NCBI GenBank assembly: GCA_030324005.1
Contig: JARDVH010000124.1
Span: forward strand, 33,599,423 to 33,663,422
Direction: 5' to 3'
Origin: Negaprion brevirostris
Lineage: Eukaryota
Length of the DNA stretch: 64,000 bases
Positions 28,350-37,620 of this stretch are shown here, one piece after another. The translations under genes were made by a program, and so were the position numbers. The notes beneath the pieces are model-generated. The model was not told where the DNA came from and did not search any database. It saw only the letters and a list, made by a program, of their open reading frames with translations. Every line of letters begins with the position of its first letter. The first letter of the stretch is position 1.

Positions 28350-29410
28350 TGATCTATGTTGATGCATTGGTGCAACATGAGGAGCGTGCTGCAATGTTAC
28401 AAACTATTTTTCACCGCTAATGCAATTACAGAAGAATATAGATAAAAAGTAATCCTGCTTATGGTATGTGAACCTCAGGCTAATAATATTTGAAATTTAA
28501 CAACCCCAGAAACGCCAGATACTAAATCTTTTGACCAGCTCATAACTTTGTTTAACATTCATTATAATCTTAGCCTATCATCATGCAATGTTTTAAGTTT
28601 TACTCTACTGTAAAAGATCCAACGGGAATCAATTGTGACATATATATCAAGATTAAGAAAATTGGCTGAATCATGCAAATTTGGAGCTACGCTAAGTGAC
28701 ATGCTATGAAACAGATTAGTTTGTGGCATAAATAACTTTAATATGCAAAAAAAAAACTACCAGCAGAGGATAAGATTTCCTTAGAGAAAGCCATGGAAAT
28801 AGCTCAGGCAATTGATGGTGCAGAGAGAGGTGCTCTTGAGTGACAATGCGTGCATGCAAGTGAGGTGAATCAACTTTGGTACAAAGCTTTGGAAGTTGGG
28901 AGGACAAAGTTGAGCCCACAGGAGAGACCAAGCAGAAACTCAGTGAGCAAGGCAGTGACAGAAGGAAAAGTTAACAGGTCAAACCAGAAATTCTGATGAA
29001 TATTATCCACAGCACTGACTTATCAGCACCAGTCCGCTCAATTACTGATCATTGTTGCAAAAGAGCAGGGTATAGTCTTATGAGACAAGATTAATTATGC
29101 AAATAAAGCTAAATTGGCTAGATATCTTCAACATATCTGATGGTAGTTTACAAGGAGTTTTAAAAAATACCAAGAAACTTTTCAAAATGAATTAGGCAGA
29201 ATTCGGGAAATTGTGGCTAAAATTTACATGAATTGAGATACTACCCCAAGTATCTTTAGTTCTTGCTCAGTGTCTTATGCCTTGTATCAAAAAGTTGAGA
29301 CAGAATATACATGTTTGGAAGAATTAGGAATCACTAGGCTAATATAGTTTTCTAAATGGGTTGCCCCCATTGTTCCTGTACTGAAATTGAACAGAACTAT
29401 CTGCAGTATA
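28350..29410 (+). mobile_element. Gypsy/Ty3 LTR retrotransposon gag-pol relic
   Basis: Gag fragments FFTANAITEE..KVILLMVC and RKLAESCKFGATLSDML*NRLVCGIN. RT start ELGRIREIVAKIY...FSKWVAPIVPVLK. Truncated at about the IRICGDY motif. Confidence 0.85.
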
Positions 29411-29810
29411 GTCACACTTTAGGACATCATCCTTTTTCCTACCTATATCATTGGTACCAATGACTTCTTACCCTCCCCCTTATGAAAGTTCTGCAACTGC
29501 TCAGAAACATCCTTGATCCTGGCACCAAGGAGGCAACACATCATCCAGGAGTCTCTTTTGCAGGCACACAAATGCCTGCCTGTGCCTCCAACTAGTGAGT
29601 CCCCTATTACTACTGGTCGCTTGCTCTATAGCAGAACCAGGTGTGGTGCCATAGGCCTGAATGCTTTTGGTATCATCTTGGGGGTTAACCAAAAACATAA
29701 CTGGACCAACATATGCAGACCAACTTTTACAGATGCACCATAGAAAGCATTCTTTCTGATTGTAAGACAGCTTGGTATGGCTCCTGTCCTGCCCAAGACT
29801 CTTAAAAAAA

Positions 29811-30082
29811 GTAGTACTGGGGGAATAGTATCAGGATAAAAGGACAGCCATTTAGAACTCAGATAAAGAAAGATTTCTTCAGTCAGAGAATTATGAATCT
29901 TGGAATTCACTGTTGTGGATTCCCAAGGCTGTCCAAAACTAAAATGGATAGATTTTGAGAGTCAAAGGGAACCTGTGGATTTAGGAATCTGGCAGAAAAG
30001 TAGAGAAAATCTGCCATGATCCTAATGAATGGTAGGTAGGCTTGGGAGGGGCTGCATTCTCTGCTCTTATTGTGTTCTGATG
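29811..30082 (+). mobile_element. CR1 3' fragment interrupting the N-like relic
   Basis: ggacagccatttagaactcagataaagaaagatttcttcagtcagag...gccatgatcctaatgaatgg, matching other CR1 tails in the window. Confidence 0.8.
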
Positions 30083-30173
30083 CATAAAATAGCAGAGACC
30101 GCACTCTCCCATGGATCTACCCTTTCTCAGATTCAGAAGCTGATGAAACTGCTCATCATTGTGGCAGCTTATG

Positions 30174-30508
30174 TCATAGAATCATATGTCCTCCATTTGC
30201 ACTGCAAGGCCTCGTCACCCTATCAAATCTGCATCAAGTCTCCAACACAGCATATTACCCAAGCCCTAATCCCGAAACCTCGCATATTTACCCTGATAGT
30301 TCCCCTAACCAATACATCTTGGCACAGTAAGGGACAATTTACCGTGGCCAATCCATCTAACCTGCACTACTTTTTACTGTTGGAGGAAACTTACGCAGGC
30401 AGGCGGAGAATGTGCAAATTCCACACAGTCCCCACTAAGGCCAGAATTGAATCTGGGTCTTTGAAGATGTGAGGCAGCAGTGCTAACCACTGTGCCACCA
30501 TGCTGCCC
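30174..30508 (-). mobile_element. HE1-like SINE inserted in the N-like relic
   Basis: gtgaggcagcagtgctaaccactgtgccaccatgctgccc at the right end and catagaatcata tail at the left. Confidence 0.88.
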
Positions 30509-30756
30509 ATGTTATCCCCCAAGAAGATAGTTTCCATAGCAATTTTATTACAAAAATATATCCAAGAACGCAGGCACTAAGTGAGCGAGGGGTGAGGACA
30601 ATATCAAGGACAGTTCCTGTATCCCCACTGGCACCTGGCAGGGTAAGAAATTAGTGAATTGAATCAAGCTCACTTTTTTTTCTGAAAGCTAGTATGAAGT
30701 TTATAGTAAAGTTAGGGAACAATTAGAAAATGAATAATTAACATGAATCAGACTAA

Positions 30757-31057
30757 GGCACAGTGTTACGGTGGCTCAGTGCACAGTGGTTAGCACTGTT
30801 GCCTCACAGTGCCAGGGACCCGGGTTGGAATCCCGGGTTACTGTCTGTGAGGGGTCTACACGTTCTCCGTGTCTACGTGGGTTTCCTCCAATGCTCTTCT
30901 TTCTTCCCAGAGTCCAAAAAACATGCTGTTAGGTGCATGGGGTATGCTAAATTCTCCAACAGTGTACCCGAATAGGTGTATGGCAACTTGGGGGTTTTCT
31001 CAGTAACTTCATTGCAATGTTAACATAAGCCTACTTTTGATACTAATAAATAAAGTG
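30757..31057 (+). mobile_element. V-SINE variant
   Basis: Head gcacagtggttagcactgttgcctcacag and tail ctaataaataaa. Confidence 0.88.
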
Positions 31058-31334
31058 AAACACATACAAAAATACAATCTATAAACATAGGTGATAATTG
31101 TTGCCTAATTATTTGTTGTATACCAGGGTATCTAAGTCTTCAAAATAAAGAATCAAGTCCCATAATATGTTTCAAGCACAAAACAACTCATGTATAAAAC
31201 ATCCATGTGACTGCCTGGCTGGCCCAACCTTTTAAGAGTTGGCTTTTTGGCACTGGAATTTTCAAAGTTAGTTGGAAAGATTAATTATGTTAGCTTATTA
31301 CATAATTTAATTCTTGCATTAATTCTTGCTGCTG

Positions 31335-31785
31335 CCTTTAGTAGGGCTTAATCTTTGCAGAAAGTCACTTGCCTATCACTTTGTCAAGTGCTTTTTGGAA
31401 ATCTCCCACCTGCACTGCATTCCCACTGTCTATCTATTTTGTAATTGCCTAGAAGAATTGGATTAATTTAGTCAAGCATGACCTGCCCTTACCAATTTGT
31501 GTTGATTGCTCCAATTAGAACACACCTTTCTAAGTGTTCACTAATGTTATCACTTTTATGGTTTCTAGTAGATTTCCTACTAATAGCATGAAGCTAATAG
31601 GCCTATAATTCCCCTTCTTATCTCTTTCCCTTTTGTTTTGGAGAGCGGTGCAACAATTGTTGTCACACTCAAGTCTTTGGACAAAGATATTTTGTAGAAA
31701 TGTATGATTAGTATCTCTGCTATTTCATCAGTAACCTCTTTCAGTATGCCAAAGCGTAAATAATCCAAACTCTTGGGTTCTGGGA
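31335..31785 (-). mobile_element. CR1 RT fragment
   Basis: ILKEVTDEIAEILII...PLSKTKGKEIRRG; aattataggcctattagc (NYRPIS); KALDK. Confidence 0.75.
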
Positions 31786-32759
31786 GATATTCTGACAGTT
31801 CCAATATAAGCTGGAGATTTGGTGCAGCATAAAAGCCATTCATTTTCACGATTTACTGAAGAATGCATTCGGACTTGCAGTGGCTACTCTTTGCATATGA
31901 TAAGAGTTACAACAGGATGTAGTCACCCAACAAAAATTTGTCACCCCTACCCCAAATATTTTTGAGATTGCAAGTCACTATTTGAAAGACACCAAGTCCC
32001 TTACATCAAAGTGGAGTTCTTGCTTAATCTTACTTGTAGAAGCTTGTGGCTGTGTCTTGTGACCCAAGAGGCAGACAGCGTAAAAATATTTTTACTGTTG
32101 TATTCAGAGTGCCTTCTCCAGCACGGAAGGCATTCTATTTGGACAGACTGATTGAGCTTGAATCTCAGGACTGCACAATTGTTTTTAAATGGGAATTCTA
32201 TTTTATATGATNNNNNNNNNNNAGCCAGCAGCTCTTAAGTTAGGCCAGACTTATCATGTACTCCAACAGAACAATCCAACAATCCTGTCTCTACTCATCA
32301 AATCAGACATATAGACCCAAGCATTTTACCAAGACTCTTGCTCAGAGTTTGTCTCAGATGGCTGTGCTTCAGTTATTCAACTTTTGAAGAGCACTTTTAT
32401 TTCTGCAGTCAGACCTAAATGAAGCATGCACAGCTCCCATGTTGCAAGGAATGTGATCAATATGCAATAGTCTCATTACAGAGAGTCTCAGCATCTTTGA
32501 CAGATCTGCCAATTTGTTGCCCATTCCTCTGTAAGTTAAGGTCTTACACACCCTTTTCCCAGTACAGCTCAATTTGTACAATTTGCCAGTGCTCCCAGAC
32601 AAATGATTGAGAGGGCCATCACATTTTTCAGCATTGCCAGATTCTCCAAGGTTGTCAGGACTATTGATTAGACCTATGTAGTGAAACATGCCCCATATGT
32701 AATCCCCCCCATAATTAAATGAACTAAAATCTAAAGCTCATTTGTCATGACAACCATAA

Positions 32760-32985
32760 GTTTGTCTCTGTGGAGTTTGCACACTCTCCCCATGCCTGTG
32801 TGAGTTTTCTCCCACAGTCTAAAGATGTGCAGGTTACGTAGATTAGCCATGTTAAATTGTCCCTTAGTGTCCCAATTGTGTGGCTTTTGGGATTAGTCAG
32901 GTAAGCCTGGATGGCTTGCTCTGTTGGAGAGTCAGTGCCAACTATATGGGCTGAATGGTCATCTTCCACATTGATTCTGTGATCT
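32760..32985 (+). mobile_element. 5'-truncated HE1-like SINE inserted in the L relic
   Basis: gtctctgtggagtttgcac...aaagatgtgcaggtta...gattctgtga. Confidence 0.85.
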
Positions 32986-34152
32986 ATAGGTTCACAATGT
33001 ACTGGGAGTTGCTCTACATTTATACTTCAGTTGTCCAGCATCTCCACTCTATTTCAAGAGCAAGAGCAAGGGTTAAGGTATCTGCTGGATGATAAAACAT
33101 GCCCATTACTCCATGCATCAAGATGTCTCTTCACACACCCATTCCTCCAGAGAAGCACGTGTGAACATAATGATGAGGATTATTAAATCCACCGTGATAC
33201 TCCAAGGAAGGTTCTGGTGTCTTAATAGATCTAGGGTTGCAATGGAACGTAAGCTCAGCAGTGGTCTAGAAATTCAGATTCTCCAGCACAATACAGACAC
33301 CTAAGCATCCAATATAATGCATTCTTATTACATTGATGAACCAGCCATTAGATGGATAAAGGCAGAAAAAGAAGTGCCCAGATCCTTCCTAAAACAATTT
33401 GCATATGCAAACAGGAATCCTGATTACTGTCAGAGGCTCCACGTATTGGACCAGCCATACACAAGAAAATGTGGTCTATATTTGACATAAACAATGGTCT
33501 TTAAAGGGAGGCCTTATCTAAAAAGGCGTTTTTTTAAATACTATCCTAAATATGTAGCTGTATCTCCTTTCACTTATTTCATGGAATGAGGACATTAATA
33601 AAACTCTACCGCTGTGTCAGAGTAAACACACTCTTGGCTGGTATAAAGATGGCTAAAGCTATGGAAAGAGTATTCACGCCTGTTAGACTGTTAATCAGCC
33701 TGCAAATCTTTCCACTACTTCATACTATTCTCTAAGGGAATGTCTGATGAGATGAAAACAACAACTCTTTTAATATAGTTCCCTTTTTACCATTTATACC
33801 AACCTGTGGTTCATCCAAGTCTCCCTCTTGTGCTCCTGAACTCCTCCCTGTAAATACAGAAGAAAACATTTTTTCAGTATGCGCCACTTTTTAATTCAGT
33901 ACCACAAGACTATATTTTTCACCCTTTAGTTGCTATGGTGATTTGGTGAGGAATAAGTACTATTGGCCATAAAAGCAACGTATTTGCTGGGTGAAAGCCC
34001 CAAATGGTTGATCTGCTGCAGTATCTGAAGATTTGGAGTTTGCTAACAGTCCTTTCAAGTGGAAATTTCTGGTAACATCAGTCACTTGCCTCCATGAAAC
34101 ACACATTGCAAGTTTAGGGAGTAAGACCAGTGAAATCCAAATACTGACATCT

Positions 34153-34802
34153 TTTGGAATCTGCTTTTGCAAAGAAAGTCTGGAGAGAGATGAGGTGTTT
34201 TTTGTCGATGTTTATCCAGAACAGTCTGCGATGCAGGATCTGTGCTCCATGGGCTGTTCTCAGGGATGTACTTTGAGACAGACATCAGCTATTGCTGGAG
34301 GATCATCAACTTGTGAAAGATGTTCTTTGGTCTGCTCAAAACTTGTTGGTCTTCCAGTACAAGGAGTTGTCCCTGACTGAGTGTTGCAGATTGGCACATT
34401 CCAAAACCCAGGACTACATGCTAAGGGACGCACTAAAGCTTGGGCAGCTGTCACAGAGGCACAAAGGTCGCTGTCTAAGACCTTTCAATCACAGTGAAGC
34501 AAAGGGTGCAGAACCACCTCAGACCGAATGACTCACTGAATGCATATTTCACGTATCTCAGTTGTACTGAAACACCTCAGAGTGCAACTTCTTCTATGTA
34601 GACAACTTTTAAAATAACTTAGCAAGACTTGTAAGACCATTGTAAAATGTCTGAAACATTGATTTTATGTATTAAAGCATCTCAGAATGTTACTTGATGT
34701 ATATAAGGTACCTGAACGTTATTGCTGTTTGTGCACAAGCCATTTTGGAATGATTGTAATGTTCTCACAGATTTATGAATAAAGTATATTTTTGAACAAA
34801 AG
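34153..34802 (+). mobile_element. Tx1-clade LINE 3' fragment inserted in the L relic
   Basis: ORF2 C-terminus AKKVWRE...LLVFQYKELSLTECCRLAHSKTQDYMLRDALKLG, with 3' tail tttatgaataaagtatatttttgaacaaaa. Confidence 0.8.
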
Positions 34803-36389
34803 ATATTGGCTATTTTAATTCTGGCATTATCTAGCCTGAAAGATGACCAATGCTCTGCTTTCATACAAATCAAGGGACTTGTTGAGGAGGCACCACTCTA
34901 CCCCAGCAGCACATCTATAGTGTACTTATTGCCTGTTGTGACAACAATATCTGCACCATCAACCTCTTCTGCACAAATCACAATGGATGTGCCAGAAAGC
35001 TTGTCATAGCAGGCAGCCAAAAGGAACTCACTGTGGCTGACTTAAATGCAAGTTCTCCAAATCTGCAGCACAGTCTCCATGGTTGCCATAATGTTCCTAA
35101 GTTTAGAAATTTCAGACTGTGGTGGCTTTTACGGGTATTCATGATACATTTATTGACACTGGACCGGGCTTGCAGGTCTTCATTCAGCAGATGGCACATC
35201 CCCATCATTTAGCCACAGCCTCGTGAGACACTATTCCTCAGCGGCTCCCACATAGCTCCACCAGGGAGGATACAGTGATTTGTAGAGTGCCAGTTTCCTA
35301 CGATAACATCTATAAATTGCTATTTTCAGCATACTCTTCCTGCTGAGATAGAATGTTGTAAAATTATGCAAGATGCATCTAAATAACAATTACTCTGGTG
35401 CTAATAAGCCTAAGAATTTGGATTCACAACTTCAACAATCTAATGGCAAGCAGTGATTTAAGTTTAAGCTTATCTTATTGGTGTCACAAGTAGGTTGACA
35501 TTAACACTGCAATGAAGTTACTGTGAAAATTCCATGTCACAAGCAATTTTACATTGCCACAAATCTAGAAAAATGTTCCTTGTTTTGTTTGTGAAATTAC
35601 TGACCCTTCATATACATTCATTAATATGAATGCCAACAGTAATTTTCAAGCCTGTTTATTTGTTTTAATATATTGGTAATGGGGTCCATTGTTAATCAAA
35701 CCTGAAGGTTAATAATACCTTGTGGGAAGCTAAACATACTCATCTGGGATAGTCTTCAAATCTCTACGGCATTTTGAAGTACAAGACATAGAAAGTTTGC
35801 CAAGTATTTTGTTTGATAGTGCACTACACACTAATAAAGTAACATTGCTCCTGTTACTGTAACATTGTGTAATTTACCTTCAGAATGTACATTGTAGTCT
35901 TACAGCAGTCAAGCCTGTGCACTGCTAAACTAAAACCTCGTGCAAGTTTTATTTATTTCAGTGATTTAAAGTTCAGGGTTACAACAATGTAATTATACTG
36001 GGGTTTTGTCCTGGGAGTTGACCATCAACTTGTGGTTTAGTTTTCAATCTTAATGGTAACTTAGCACTCATGAGCAGCACAAATTATGGGTGAGTTACTT
36101 TTGTGATTCTCAGCAGTGAAATATAAATTAATATTTCATTATTTCCTATTACAAATCCTCTATAATTTTCAAAAGAATGGAGTTCTAAAAAATGTGCCTT
36201 AAAGTGAAGTTATACTATCAGATCCAAGTTCCAATGGAAGCACAGAGAATGATGACATCACTTCCATAAAACTTCTGTAGGTTACTATAGCAACATGTAG
36301 AGATTGCTCATGGATTCTGTTGGTAGGTACGTAAAGCACATTTACAATACCTTCTGTTTTTTATTGGTAGAGTGACACTGCACTTTACC

Positions 36390-37620
36390 AATTGGTTATC
36401 AGGCAGAAAACTGTGAGTAGGAATAAATGGGCCATTCTCGTGTTGGCAGCAATATGTACCTACGATTTGGATGAAGGGACCAAATGTAATATTCCCAAGT
36501 TTGTGAATGATACAAAGCTAGGCAGGAATCTGTGTCGCAAGGAAGGTGTAAAGTGCCTACAACAGGATTTAGACAGACATAGTAAGGGGCAAGATTATGG
36601 CAGATGGAATATAATGTGAAAAAGTGTGTGGTAATCCACTTTGGTAAAAGGAACCGATGTGTAGAATATTTCTTAAATGGTAAGAAGTTAATAAGGATGT
36701 CGAGATGCTGGTGTTGGATTGGGGTGGGCACAGTAAGAAGTCTCACAATACTGAGTTAAAGCCCAAATGGTTTATTTGGTAGCATGAGCTTTCAGAGCAT
36801 TGCTTCTTCATCAGGTGAGTGGAGAATTGGGTTCACAAACAGGGCATATATAGACACAGAATATATAAAATATATAGACACAGAAATTAGTAAGTAAGTA
36901 TACAAGAGAACCTGGGTGCCCTTGTCCGTGAGCCACCAAAGGCTAACACATGCAGGTGCATCAACCATTTGGAAGGCTAATGGGATATTATCCTTTATCA
37001 TAGGAGAATTCAGGTACAGGAGTAGTGAAGTTTTGCTTCAATTGTATGGAAGCTTGGTTAAATTACACGTGGAGTACTGTGTCCAATTTTGGTCCCCTTA
37101 TCTCAGAAGGGATATAATTGCCACAGAGGGAGTACAATGAAGGTTCACCAGACTTGTTCCAGGGATGGTGGGACTGTCTTATGAAGAGAGATTGGGCAAA
37201 CTGAACCTGTATTCTTGGGAGTTTCAAAGAATGAGGGGCGATCTCACTGAAAGCTACAAAATATTCAAAGGAATAGGCAGGGTACATGCAAGTAAGATAT
37301 TTCCCTTTGTTAGGGAGTCTAGAACCAGGGGCAGAATTTCAAAAAAAGGGGGAAGCCAGTTAGGACCGAAATTAGGAGAAATTTCTTTGCACAGAGGTTT
37401 GTGACTCTTTGGATTTCTTTACCCCAGAGGGCCATGGAAGATCAGCCATTGAGTTTAAGGTAGGGATTGATCATTTCTGCTTAACAAAGTAAAGGGTTAT
37501 GGAATGGTGTGGATAAAAGACATAAAGACATAGAATATATAGTGTCTGATTAGCCATGATCGTCTTGAATAGTGGAGCACACTTGATGGACTGAATGGCC
37601 CACTCCTGTTCCAATCCTGC
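36390..37620 (+). mobile_element. CR1 LINE fragment (contains a nested Penelope terminus)
   Basis: DLDEGTKCNIPKFVNDTKLG; VEYCVQFWSPYLRRDIIATEGVQ; GLSYEERLGKLNLYS. Confidence 0.9.
36700..36881 (-). mobile_element. Penelope terminal fragment with hammerhead core, nested in CR1
   Basis: cacCTGATGAagaagcaatgctctGAAAgctcatgctaccaaataaacc; degenerate flanking duplication agaagttaataag (36683-36695) / agaaattagtaag (36882-36894). Confidence 0.8.

Larger units (their letters stand above)
29460..30590 (+). pseudogene. Endogenous bornavirus-like nucleoprotein relic (EBLN-like), in three pieces
   Basis: Colinear fragments compared with BoDV-1 N as recalled: PYESSATAQKHP ~ LYEPPASLPKLP; HHPGVS ~ PHPGIG; VSPLLLLVACSIAEPG ~ VTPSLVFLCLLIPG; FGIILGVNQK ~ IGVVIGSSSK; QLLQM (LLQM 29724-29735) ~ TLLQM; QKLMKLLIIVAAY (to 30172) ~ KEFMDQIKLVASY; LSPKK...FYYKNISKNAG ~ LAPRS...FYWSKKENPTMAG. 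Many stops, frameshifts and deletions. Confidence 0.65.
31900..35130 (+). pseudogene. Endogenous bornavirus-like L polymerase relic (EBLL-like), interrupted by a SINE and a Tx1 LINE
   Basis: Ordered motifs: ELKSKAHLS*QP (32721-32756) ~ ELKVKGRFFSKQT; FILQLSSISTLF (33019-33054) ~ motif A FVINLDYSSWCNGF; LQGRFWCL ~ motif B MRQKLWTI; ILQHNTDT* (33278-33304) ~ motif C ILGQGDNQ; MVFKGRP ~ LFFRGVP; LFSKGMSD (33725-33748) ~ VFFRGMSD; KQRICW ~ KQLRRLTW; SLGSKT (34111-34128) ~ YLGSNT (GxxT); AFIQIKGLVEEAP...SIVYLLP ~ RFLLEKGYTSDARP...TLTHRLP; INLFCT ~ VNILST; PKFR...WL ~ PQYRGAEWL. The start coordinate is uncertain. Confidence 0.78.

Noticed and set aside
32437-32478. PMLQGM*SICNS resembling motif B of segmented-virus RdRp
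   Set aside because: No SDD follows. The surrounding colinear motifs fit a Mononegavirales L instead.
33130-33210. Minus-strand FNNPHHYVHTCFSGGMG resembling a tyrosinase CuB site
   Set aside because: The DPxF..HH continuation is missing, and the region is better explained by the plus-strand L motifs.
33805-33870. Strong-looking minus-strand acceptor and exon (tttcttctgtatttacag|GGAGG...)
   Set aside because: It lies inside the plus-strand L relic and has no coherent partner exons.
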